Positions 13,831 to 26,105 of a stretch of 64,000 nucleotides of DNA are shown here, piece after piece; the first letter of the stretch is position 1, and each line of letters begins with the position of its first letter. The position numbers and the translations under genes were made by a program. Under the pieces are notes generated by a model, which had not been told where the DNA came from, made no database searches, and saw only the letters and a list, made by a program, of their open reading frames with translations. This DNA is from Octopus vulgaris (Eukaryota). The DNA is taken from contig OX597825.1 of the NCBI GenBank assembly GCA_951406725.2, forward strand, positions 3,596,001 through 3,660,000, given 5' to 3'.

Positions 13831-13884
13831 TGTGTATATGTGTGTGTGTGTATGTGTGTGTATGTATGTATATATGTATATATA

Positions 13885-13945
<61 letters not shown>

Positions 13946-14015
13946 ACATATATACATATATATATACATTATATATACACAATATACATATATATAGATA
14001 CATATATATAGATAC

Positions 14016-14067
<52 letters not shown>

Positions 14068-15610
14068 GGATGTATGTGCGTAAGCAGTTGTGCACGCGTA
14101 TAAGTGAATGTGTATGCGTGTAGTTGTATATAACACATCTACTCTGTACGTTTTGTGAGTATGACTTTACATCCATCTTGTGAAACACGTACTTCACACT
14201 CCAGTGACAACACGAAGTAAAAAAAAATATGTTTCAGGTTCTACTTTCAATGAAAATATTTGGTAGATGAAAACAAATTTGCAGAAGTACAAATATAAAA
14301 ATGATCGAAAAATACAAATGTAAATTAATATATGATGTTTCATTGGCGAATTTCCACAGAAATATTTTTTTGATACGTTACAAACAATACGGGAAAAGAC
14401 ACTAACAATGAAGTGAATAAAATACTATATTGTGTCTACTTCAATTTCCATAGAACCAATTATAGGTGTCCGTATGAAGTATTTTTGTTCAATTCATTTC
14501 CCAGTAACAGTAATAATCTCTTATAGAAAAATTCTTTTCAAACAGTTTTGTTTCCTATACTTTGATTAATTGAAAAATATAGTGTGGGAATAATAACGTT
14601 TGTCAAAGACAAAGTGGCAAATGTAGATTATAAAACACGATGGATTATCTCTCCAAGGAACCATAACGAAGCGCGGGCATATAAATAATTTCTTTCCCGT
14701 GCATTATGACACTAATAAAAATGACTGTCGATAAAATTGTTTTTGAGAATATTATGTTCTGAAATATTCTATGAGTGATATTAAAATATAATAGCATAAT
14801 ATATCTAACCTACTGATTATCATCTGGTAGATAGTATATAAAGAAGCACAAATGTATATCAACATGCGTATATATGTGTGTATGCGTGTGTGTGTGTGTG
14901 AGTGTGTGTGTGTGTGTTTGTGTCTGTGTGTGTCTGTGTGTAAAATAGTGGGTTCAAGATGCAAATAGTAAAGAGGGATAAATAGTCCCAAAACGCGAAT
15001 CACATGAATATAAAACTATGACAAAATTGAAATCTTTCGTTTCGAGCAGGTGTATCAATTGTTGCTTGCTTCAACAATGTTCAGGGAATAGGTTTGCAAG
15101 TAGAAACAGGTAGATAAAGTATGATGGGTTTAAAGAGTGCATGCTTCAAAAATACGAATGAAGAAATTAACTATTACTTTTACAGCCAGTTTGGATTTTT
15201 AAAAAAGGCGGGTGGTGCTATAACCATGTACATTATATAATGAGCACCAATATTAGTCTAGGTACGTAGATAAACCAAGTAACCGAGGAATCTGATATGA
15301 AAATCATGTCATAATAACATCAGAAAATTCTTGCAGGCATAAACGCTATCTTCCAAATATTTGTTCTTCGTATGTACATATATATACTTCACTGTTAGCT
15401 TTCTTTATATACGAGGTAAAAATGATATTCCTAGCCCACATAAAATACATTTCGTATCTGAGGCCCTCATGAAAGTGTAAGATGTTACTCAATGAGTCCA
15501 ACACATCTCGTGGCAGAGAAAAGTGTAATGTAATGATGTTCGTCAGATTCCTTTGTCATTTTATTTTCACACATACACGTACACACATATATGTGTATGG
15601 ATGTGTATAC

Positions 15611-15684
<74 letters not shown>

Positions 15685-16470
15685 TTATATACATATATAT
15701 ATTTGTATATATATGTGCATATACATATATATATCCATATGAGCATATGAGTCTCTGTGCGTATAAATAGGAAAATTATGGTTTACTAAACTGCTGATAC
15801 AAGGATATTTTTCTTTCAATAGGTGATGCGTATTGGTGGTTATTATGTATTATCCGGTGAGGTGTACCAGATAAAAAAGAAAAGTGTAAAGATCTTTATA
15901 ACCCAGAATACATGTTCGATAAATAAAGAAATACAGAAAGAAAGAAATAGATCGTATTCAATGGGTCATGCTTCCATATATATGGTGACATATTAGACAT
16001 TGCTTTACAATCAATCAATTTAAAGCCAATTTTCTTTACATATCTTAGCAGACCGTTTATCGCTTCACATTAACAATATGTTGAACTTGCTTGCTATATC
16101 ATTACGATATTCATTTCTTTTCATGAAATTCTATCAATAAATCCATATCACAGATTCCAGCAACAGTTATATTTCCCACTTCATTATTACTAACTTTCTT
16201 CAATAGGAGAAATATGCTTTCCTTTTATTTCCTTTTAGACATTTTATTCGTTAAATATTCACTACGATCAGGAAATACAAAATGGAAACGACATTTATAT
16301 TTATTAATATATATGTTGACACCTATGTCTATGTATGTATTTCATCATTCGTTTTTATTCCACAGTTTCTTCACAATAGGGAAAGAGCCGGTTTCTAGCC
16401 TTGATCCAAGTGTCCGTAATTGGAATTTTAACAGCATCAACAAGGTATTTTCGCATATATGTATATATAT

Positions 16471-16533
16471 ACCAGGTGGTGCTATTAAGTCACCAGGTGG
16501 TGCTATTAAGTTTACCGGGTGGTGCTATTAAGT
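16471..16533 (+). repeat. Three tandem copies of acc(a/g)ggtggtgctattaagt
   Basis: Directly visible 20-bp unit x3 with 1-2 bp spacers, following a TA run. Confidence 0.9.
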
Positions 16534-16573
16534 TACACATGGCCTGGGCCAATAATGGCCGAAACTTATCAAA

Positions 16574-16632
<59 letters not shown>

Positions 16633-17401
16633 GATATGTATGTTTATAGTGCATACAAATTATTTCCTTTACCTGCATGCAAGGTAGTGTATATATTCTT
16701 ATACACTCACATACATATATACAGACGCCTGCGCATGCACTGACTGTATCAACTTAGCTTTTTCTCCTTACTGATGATAATTGGTGAATGGCAGATGATG
16801 ATGATGATGATGGTGATGGTGATGATGATGATGATGATGATAATGATGATGATGATAATCATAATTAGAACGATGATGAGTTTTTGATGATAATCAAGAC
16901 GGCTTCCTTTCATAATTACAGTTACATATTTCCAGTTATATCTGAAGATTCATAGAGTTAATGTATATTTTTACTTAGAGGTCTCTGTTCCTTGTTTTAT
17001 ATTTATAATTTCATATACATTTACAAAAATAGGTTTTGACATATTTCACCCGAGATGATGTCGAGAATTTTCCTCCTCATTTAAACTTTATGACAGACAC
17101 TACCATACATAAGACTGCATTAAACAAGATCTTAATGATGTCGCAAGTATTTCTTTTGCTTTTGCTATCTTTGGAGATTGCCATCGTATTGATTTCTGTC
17201 CAGCAGATATGTGATCACAACCATTATAGCTGTAGACATTTTGTAGTGTCCACTGTTTAATAAGGGACTGCCTTTATCTAAATGCCTGCCAGTCAAAGTC
17301 TTGGTGCGATCTTGTGTCTGCGTATGACTGCGTTTCTTCCTTCATATGAACTTAAAATCTTTTCATAGAAACATGCGTGCATACACACACGCACGCAACA
17401 T

Positions 17402-17456
<55 letters not shown>

Positions 17457-18363
17457 TACACGCACGAAAACACGCACATTACCACAAACATATATACGTA
17501 TATACATATACTGTTATTTTGATTACGCATAGCGATATAGATAAAGTGAGGGAAAACGCAGCATACATATGCCTCATTGAAATCACCATAACTATTTCGG
17601 TATAACCTTATACCTCGGAGTACTCGAAGGGATGATATAAGTAACATATAATGTAAATCTCTTTGGTTCATTCAAAGGTGTAAGGTGCGCCTCTGCAGAG
17701 CATTGATTTAATTATATCCTTTGTTAGAATATATAGTCGTTTTAATTAGTGTCAGGAGGAAACCACGAGGCAATGTGCTATTCTGATCAGTTTGCAGTTA
17801 ACACTATACACATTGGAATGGTGACAGCTTATAATCAAATTACAATTGCCATCAAAATATAAAATGCAGAAAGGAAGTAACGGGCAAAAAAGAATGGCCA
17901 TGTTATAAGATACATTTATGAGTGTGTGCGTGTGTGTTTGGATGCGTGCGTGTGTATATATGTATGTGTGGGGGTGTGTATAAGATTGTATACACTACCT
18001 AGCATGTAGGTATAGGAAATAATTTGTATGTTTATGGGGAAGTATTTTCCTACTAATTTCTTCTCTGAATACTTCAAGAAAGGTTATATATCCAGAGAAT
18101 TATAAATTAACTGAACACAGAGGTTGATTCGAATGTAGAATGCATCCAGATGTTTTGTTGCGAAAGATGGGCGTAAGTTAGATTTATTAAGGAAGCAGTC
18201 GATAAGCATAGAAATGGACGATCTTAATTACATTATTATCAATAAATTCTGAATAATCTTATTCGCCATTCTGTTATGTCATTTTCTTCATTATAATTCG
18301 TCCATGAAGATAGAATTATAATAATAGTCAACATGACCAAGATATTATAATAATTGTCAACAT

Positions 18364-18581
18364 AAGGCGGCGACCTGGCAAACACGTCGACGCGGCGGGC
18401 GAAATGATTAGCGGAATTTCGACTGTCTTCATGTTCTGAGTTCAAATTCCGCCGAGGTCGACTTTGCCTTTTATCCTTTCGGGGTCAATAATTTAAGTAC
18501 CAGTTGTGTACTGGTGTCGATCCACTCGGCTGGCCCCCTTCCCCAAAAATTTCTGGCCTTGTGCCTAGAGTAGAAAAGAAT
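18364..18581 (+). mobile_element. SINE family 1 full-length copy (tail B) with TSD
   Basis: Head aaggcggcgacctggca, B-box-like gagttcaaattcc, core ggtcgactttgccttttatcctttcggggtc, tail ggccccc..cctagagtagaaaagaat. TSD aataattgtcaacat at 18349-18363 and 18579-18593. Confidence 0.92.
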
Positions 18582-18790
18582 AATTGTCAACATGACAGAG
18601 ATAGAAATATAATGATAATCAACATGATCAATGCAGGTGCGCATCTTACACATTTGACGGGCGATAAGACTTACACAATGTGTTATGTGTTTTATGTAAC
18701 TAATATTCTAAGAATGTAAAAATATGTCTAAAGAGTTTTAGCGATTTAATAACGTTTTTTTCAATCTAATTTCTGTTATTTATCTATTTT

Positions 18791-18904
18791 ACTTACGACG
18801 TATCAGGCTGAATGCACCGGTTCTCGTCCGATCACTGATGCTAAGCAACGTTTCGCTTAATATTCAGATTGGTGACCGCTTGGGACACCTAAGTGGTATA
18901 AGCA
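18791..18904 (+). pseudogene. Degenerate 5S rRNA copy
   Basis: cttacgacgtatcaggctgaatgcaccggttctcgtccgatcactgatgctaagcaacg..gattggtgaccgcttgggacacc..gtggtataagca is colinear with metazoan 5S rRNA, including A-box-like and C-box-like segments. It has a small deletion, many substitutions and no oligo-T terminator. Confidence 0.85.
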
Positions 18905-18919
18905 TTGAAATTTGTATGT

Positions 18920-19135
18920 AGGTGACAATGCATAATCCTTAGTCAACCGGACAGAGTGTTTAGAGACGTTTCGTCCGTCTTTACATTCTGTGTTCATTTT
19001 CCACCGAGGTTAACCTTGCCATTTTTCCTTTCGCAGTTGGAAAAATAGATACGAGTTGGCGAAAGTAGCCGATGCAATTTGCCCGGCCCCTTCCACAAAA
19101 TTACTGACCTGGTGCAAAAATTTGAAGCGATTATT
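18920..19135 (+). mobile_element. SINE family 1, old degenerate copy
   Basis: tttcgtccgtctttacattctgtgttcattttccaccgaggttaaccttgccatttttcctttcg..ggccccttccacaaaatt..ctggtgcaaaaatttgaa aligns to the family. Confidence 0.75.
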
Positions 19136-19270
19136 TAACTATTTATATATGATACGCGGTTACTTTAGAATGCCTGATTTATATCCAGTAACAAGGACAT
19201 CCCCACACTATGATGCTAACCTGTAGCCAATAACTGTAGAAATGCTTTGGGAAACACTGTAACTCATAAC

Positions 19271-19305
<35 letters not shown>

Positions 19306-19354
19306 AAATGTATATATATATATATACATACATACATACATATGTATATATGTA

Positions 19355-19409
<55 letters not shown>

Positions 19410-21369
19410 CCAATAATAACTTGGTCATTAACACCGTTATCATGGGCATTGTAGTTGGATGTCTTTGTCTCTACCCTTATCGTCGTCATGATATTGTTGA
19501 TGAATGTCGACAGCACCAACGCTACTGCCACCAACGATTATCACTTACAAAATCACAACAGCAAACACCTCGATTTTCAGCGACTCCATCAGAAACAAAA
19601 TATATAACGTGAACGTCTAGAATTATAGAATTCACTTCATCCAAATAAGATCCGTATATTATTTAACTTCGTGAAAATTATCATCAACCCAATTCTGTTT
19701 GTCATAAATCTACAAACCATTGAGTGCTTCGATTAAAGCATGCTACTGCAAGCTTTTAATTAATAATAGAGAATCATATAACACAACTTGAAAGAAAAAC
19801 AGAGATTTTAAATTTATTGCCGGATGATCAAAGACCAATATACAAACAAATTTCAGGATATCAAGTAATCTGATGTGAAAGTATTTGGATTACTTTGAGA
19901 GTCGTAGGAATAGTTTTCTCAAATTCTTGTATTTTTAGTTTTTAAATACTAAGCATCAATTTTAACGAGCAGCCTTTTAGCCGTTTAGATGTTTCAAGTG
20001 CACAAAAAACTACGCCAGTCCGCCCCACGGGATCGACAAACTGATATTCAGGAATTTTCTAAGCTTTCTGCTATCATCTAGCTTACGTTAACATGCTGCA
20101 ACATGATATTTGGAAGACGAAACGAGTGTATATTCCCAAGTCAAACAGAATAAGTGATCTGATCGCTGATATAAGTAACGACGCCTCGTTTCGCTTACGT
20201 GTTACCAATACATCTGCAATGTGTGGCTGAAGAAATTATAAGAACATTCAGATGAAGGGGAACTAGAAATTCTTCAGGTTCGATGGAGGACGTTTGTTCT
20301 ATGATCAGCAGTGTCAAACTTTTAGCGGCAGTCATACCAGTGACGTGAGTTGACTAAGAGCGTCCCAATATCCAGAAACCATATCATTCTTTTACTACAA
20401 GCCTGACGATATAGACTTGTTTGAAGAGCCTGTGATGCTCAAACGACGAAGCTAAAACATCTTGAATAATAACATAGATACGAGTTGGTATCAAACACTG
20501 GCGGGACTACCTCTCTAGTACGTCAACAGATGTATGTAATTCACATAAATGACCAAGGAAACCTTCGGTATTTACCATTTTCGTTTTGCTCTTGTCTCCA
20601 CATATCCGCTAAACGAACGAAAGCTCTAATACAGAATTATCGAAAATTCCAACTGCCTCCTTTGCTCAATATAAAATATTTATACAGAATTTCAAAACCT
20701 CTATGCGCGCACATACACACACACACGCATACACACACACACACGAACACACACACACACACACAAATACATGTATATGTATATATAAAATTTAATATTA
20801 AGTATTCATATATTGACGTCTAAAAATGTAACTACTCTATGTCGCAGCGTTGTTGTTAAACTTTAAGAATACCTGATTCAATGTATGCTTTAAATAATAT
20901 ATATGTCTATGCATATACATCTTCCGTTGGTAGAAATACATGTGTAATTGGTACATCGCAGTTGAATATATAATATAAACGGAAGTAGCTTGTGACATAT
21001 TGCAAAGTCAACATTAAAAATTGATTGAGTTAGAATATATACGTGACACCAGAGAAAATAATAACTTTCATACGTTCAGACGGAACATCTTTCAAAGCAG
21101 TCATTATTCATAAGCAACGATTCTCTTTTAATAAAATATACATAAGTTACTTATATACACTTTATATAATACACTCACTCCCAGCTGTTAGATTCTCAAG
21201 AGAAATGCATTTGTTAACTCTGTTTATGATCTAAATTCCAAATCTGCTGCGATCAATTCATTTTTCAACACTCTGTAACATATAAATAATATCCCTGTAT
21301 GCAGACCGGAGGATTTGAAACAACAATTTGTCTAAAACTTTTGCACTTCTCAGTAAATAAAAAAGAAAC

Positions 21370-21460
<91 letters not shown>
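21370..21460. repeat. (TAA)n microsatellite at the 3' end of retroelement B
   Basis: About 30 perfect TTA units. Confidence 0.98.
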
Positions 21461-22944
21461 ATAGTTTTATTTTTATAGCGTGCTTTCACTTCACTACCGA
21501 GCGCAGCTCTGTGTGCCTTGGGTATGTGCTGTGATTTGTTGTGATGCTCTGATGGTTATTGTATGGAAAGTGTTCTGCGTAGGATGTGTGCAGTGCCTAG
21601 TAGTGCAATTTTCTGTATGTTATATGTGTTTGTAAGTCCTGGTGTTTTTGTTATGTATTTGTCTGAATATTTTTTTATCATGCCTAATGCGCCTACTATG
21701 ATGGGAATTGTTTCTGTTTTCAGATTCCACATTCTAGTTACCTCTATTTCCAGGTCTTTGTATTTTGAGAGTTTCTCCATTTCTTTTAGAGACACGTTGT
21801 CATCTGCCGGTATTGATACATCAATTAGAAAGCATTTTTTTCTTCATGATCTCTGACAACTATATCTGGTCTGTTGGCCTTAATTTCTCTATCTGTGTGT
21901 ATCGGCATATCCCAGAGTATGGTTGCTTTCTCGTTTTCTGTGACCTTTTCTGGTGTGTGCCTATACCATCTTTTTTCTGTTGTTATTCCATAATGTTGGC
22001 ATAGCTTCCAATGTATGTAGGTTCCAACTCTGTCATGTCTGTGAATATATTCCTTCTTAGCCAGGACTGGGCAGCTAGAGATAATATGATTTATTGTTTC
22101 TTGTCCATCTCCACATATTCTGCAGTTACTTGTAATATTTCTTTTCATTACATGTTTTTGGTAATTTCTGGTGGGGAGGCTTTGGTCTTGTGCTGCAATT
22201 AAAAATCCCTCTGTTTCTGCTTTGAGTCCTGAGCTTCTCAACCATTGCTGGGATTTTTCTTTGTCTATTTCTTTTGCGTTTAGTTTAGTCCAGTATTTAC
22301 CATGAAGGGGCTTTTCTTGCCATCGTTTTATCATGGTTCGTTGGTGTTCTATTTTTAGTTTGGATTTCATTTGTTTTATAGCTTTTTTTGTTTCTTCTTC
22401 TTCTTCTTCTTCTTCTTCTTCTTCTTCTTCTTCTTCTTCTTCTTCTTCTTCTTCTTCTTCTTCTTCTTCTTCTTCTTCTTCTTCTTCTTCTTCTTCTTCT
22501 TCTTCATGTTTATTAGGTGGTATGATTTCTTGTTTGTATTTGTCAGCTTCCTTAAATACTGAGAACAGTTTTTTGTTTTGCTCGTGTTTTGCCGCTATCT
22601 GGATCAGTTTTCCTTCCTTCCGAAGTAGATATTGTTGCAGTCCTATGGTGGTTATTTTATAGTAGTTTTCCAGTTGCATAAGGCCTCTACCACCTTCTAT
22701 ACGTTGTATATATAGTCTTTCTATGTCAGATTTTGGGTGATGCATCCTAGATCCTGTCATTATTTTTCTTCTTTTCCTATCTATTTTGGTCAGTTCATTT
22801 CGTGTCCAGTTAAGGATATTGTAGCTGTAACTTATAACTGGGACAGCTAAAGTGTTGATACCTATTATCTTGTTTTTAGCATTGAGCTCTGTTTTTAGTA
22901 TTGATGTAACTCGTCTATAATATTCTTTTTTTATTTCTCCTTCT
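21461..22944 (-). mobile_element. R4/Dong-like RLE non-LTR retrotransposon, element B (5'-truncated, well preserved)
   Basis: KEYYRRV..ELNAKNKI..MHHPKSDIERLY..GGRGL (RT thumb region), LHGKY, WLRSSGLKAETEGFLIAAQDQ, CCHC knuckle CRICGDGQETINHIISSC, RHDRV, RLE motif RPDIVV..ID.SIP..K..KY, LRRTLSIQ*. One frameshift in an A-run near 21835. About 95-bp 3'UTR, then (TAA)n. Confidence 0.92.
22392..22505 (-). repeat. (GAA)38 microsatellite, in frame in element B (poly-Glu)
   Basis: 114 bp of perfect TTC repeats; ORF 21825..22760 reads through it. Confidence 0.97.
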
Positions 22945-22980
22945 GTTATTATTATTCTCTTTCTATTATTATTATTATTA

Positions 22981-25678
22981 TTTTTTTTTTTTTTCTTCTT
23001 TCAAATTTGCTTCAATTTCTTGCCGAGTGTCTTCCCGACTCCTAGGGCAAAGAAACTCATAGTATACATTGTTAGGCCATTAAACCAAACTCAGTAGTTC
23101 GTTCATTTTTTTTTTAATTAAAATACATGAGCAGCAACAGTTCTCACATCGACAATGCTCTTCTCAATACGTGTGATGTACCAGTTAAGACAATCTTTTG
23201 CACTTCTTGCAGGGATGGTAAGCCAGGGATCATTCTCATATAATTTTCGGTTCCCTTCTTGATCATTCCTAGTGCTCCTACGATTACTGGTATTGTAACC
23301 GCCTTGAGATGCCACATTTTCTCAATTTCAATGAGTAGGTCTTTATATTTTCTGAGCTTGTCAAACTCTTTCACTGAGATATTATGATCACAGGGGATGC
23401 TCATGTCGATCAATAAGCAAACTTTATTGTTTTGGTCTTTCACAACAATATCTGGTTTATTGGCCTTGATGGTTCGGTCTGTATGTACTGGAAAGTCCGA
23501 CAGAATGGTTACATTTTCTCCTTCAGTTACAGCCTCAGGGTGGTGATTATACTACTTGTCGGCAGTTTTGATATTGTAATGCCGACTTATTAGCCAGTGT
23601 AGATATTGGCCAACTCTGTCATGTCTTAATTTATACTCCACTGGTGCTAAGACTTTACATCCAGAGATTAGGTGGTCCACTGTTTCAATCATGTCGTTGC
23701 AGAATCGGCATTTTGGGTCTGCTCCAATTTTCATCACATTGGCCTGGTAGTTCCGGGTTAATAGGCTTTGATCTTGAGCAGCCAGGATGAAACCTTCGCT
23801 CTCTGCTTTTAGCCCTGAGCTCCGTAGCCACTGATGGGCTTGCTTCTGGTCAACATCAGCTTGTTTGCTGCGGGTCACATATTTGCCGTGCAGAGGTTTC
23901 TCCTCCCACCTATCAGCCAATTGCTCGTGCGCTTTTTTCATTGCCATCATTTTCACCTTCTATGCAACAATAGTTGCCGTACTTCCCTCGGGTTGTTCAG
24001 TTTGGGTATCCTGCACGAGATCAATAGCAAATTTTTTGCTTTCCTTTATGATAGAATGGAGCTTCTTTCGTCTCTCGTGATTTTCCACGAGCTTTAGCAT
24101 CCAGTCATTCGATATTTCGAGATATTTGGCCAGTCCAATTGTGGTTGTTTTGTAAGCTAGTTCAAATTTGATCAGGCCTCGACCTCCTTGGGCTCTGGGA
24201 AGGTAAAGGCGATCTACGTCTGCCTTTGGGTGGTGCATCCTATTACAACTCAGCAGCTGGCGTATTTTTCTATCTATATTCTTTACTTCACTCTTATTCC
24301 AGTTCAACACATTGTAGCTATAAGTAACAACTGGAACTGCTAGGGAATTCATAGCTAACACCTTGTTACGTGCATTTAGTTCAGATTTCAGGACTGCACG
24401 AACTCTCCTATAACATTCCTTCCTGATCTTCTTTTTCATGCTTGCATGCTGAATACCCCAGCCTTCATTTATCCCTAAATATTTGTATGTTTGTTCTTGC
24501 TCAAGCTCTCTTATGACTGTGTCAACATCTAACACGACTGAATTTGTGGTCTTCACTTTCCCTTTCTGGAAAGTGGCCTTGGCACACTTCTCAAGTCCAA
24601 ACTCCATCCCGATGTCATCGCTGAATGCTTTCACGGTGCGCAATAGGCCTTCAAGTTCATTATTGTCTTTACCATAAAGTTTTAAGTCATCCATATAAAA
24701 TAGTTAGCTTATTTTTTTATTGGCAATTTTGTACCCATATCCTGTTCTTTTTATTTCACTTGTAAGGGGTATTAGGGCTATGCAGAATATTAAAGGTGAA
24801 AGTGAGTCACCTTGAAAAATTCCACAGTTGATGTTTATATTTTCTGAGGCAAGTACTACATTAGAGTGGTATAATTGGAGATTCGTATTCCACAACGACA
24901 TATTGTGCTTCAGGAAGTTTGAAATCACAGGGGAAATTTTGAAGATGTCCAGCGATCTCAAGATCCATGGATTCGGTATACTGTCGAAGGCCTTTTTCTA
25001 GTCAATCTATGCGGTGCTGAGATTTCTGCGCTTGTTGTGACAGTTCTCAAGCATCATACGATTGATTAGCAGTTGATCTTTGCATCCGTAAGAGCCTCGG
25101 CGGCACCCTTTTTGTTCAATGGGGAAAATATCGTTCTTCTTCATGAATGCATATGTTTTCTCCGCCAGGATATATGTTAGGATTTTATACGTGGTGGATA
25201 GACAGGTTATAGGCCGATAGTTTTTTGGAAGGTTGGTTTCGTTATTCTTTGGGAGTAGGTAAGTAATGCCACTTGCTAACCATTCAGGTGTTTTCTTTGG
25301 GTCTCTCATAATTCCATTGAGCAGCTGAACTAGCTTACCGTGTGCGCATGGGAGCGATGCGAGCCAGAAATTCGGCACCCTATCTTTACCGGGGGATTTC
25401 CAATTATGGGCCTTCTCGGGTCCATTTGTTCCGCTTACATTTTTCTTTCTGTGGTGGTTGTGGTGGTGAACTTGGAGGGCTCGAGTTGGGGGATTTCCCG
25501 TTCAAGTGACCATCCATGTCCGTATTCGGAGAAGAGTTTGTGCCAGTTGATGACTTTTCGATCCCAGGCTGGCTCTTCCTTGGGGGACGCGCTTCCAGAT
25601 TAACCATAGGACAAGCGATTTGGTACACTGATTTAGTCTTCCTTTTAGTTTCCAAAAACATTTTGGTGCTACGATAAT
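22981..25678 (-). mobile_element. R4/Dong-like RLE non-LTR retrotransposon, element A (5' end retained, internal deletion, nonsense mutations)
   Basis: N-terminal segment ending KRNKWTRE fused to AHNWKSPGKD. RT motifs NYRPITCL, EQKGC..GCKDQL, ID*KKAFDS, GIFQGDSLSPL, FYMDDLKLY, YKYLG. CCHC CRFC..ETVDHLISGC, RHDRV, KPDIVV..IDMSIP..K..KY. 3'UTR, then an A-tract and (TAA)n. Confidence 0.95.
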
Positions 25679-25694
25679 GTTATTATTATTATTA

Positions 25695-25729
<35 letters not shown>

Positions 25730-25944
25730 GTTGTTGTTGTTGTTGTTTTTGTTGTTGTTGTTGTTGTCGTTGTTGTTGTTATTATTATTATTATTATCAT
25801 CATCATTATCATTATTATTATCGTTGTTGTTGTGGTTGTTGGAATTATTATTATTATTATTGTCATCATTATTGAGTGAGAGAGCAGCGCATGCCATCAA
25901 AGAGATGGCATGTACTGCTCTGATATATATATAGAGAGAGGTAA

Positions 25945-26021
<77 letters not shown>

Positions 26022-26105
26022 AAGATAGATAGAAAGAGATATAGACAGAAAGACAGGTAGATAATACACACAAACAGACACACAGACAGATAGATAGATA
26101 GATAC
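25679..26105. repeat. Compound (TAA/CAA/TGA)n microsatellite followed by a (GATA)n tract
   Basis: Directly visible; the TAA part abuts the 5' end of element A. Confidence 0.95.

Noticed and set aside
16471-16533. CRISPR-like direct repeats
   Set aside because: Eukaryotic context, 1-2 bp spacers and no cas genes.
18791-18904. Functional 5S rRNA gene
   Set aside because: Internal deletion, many substitutions, no terminator and not in a tandem array; called a pseudogene instead.
23552-25009. Rescue of element A's TAG stops by cephalopod A-to-I editing (UAG read as Trp)
   Set aside because: Only two of five stops are at expected Trp positions, TGG>TAG is a common mutation, and the ORF also has a frame-changing N-terminal deletion.
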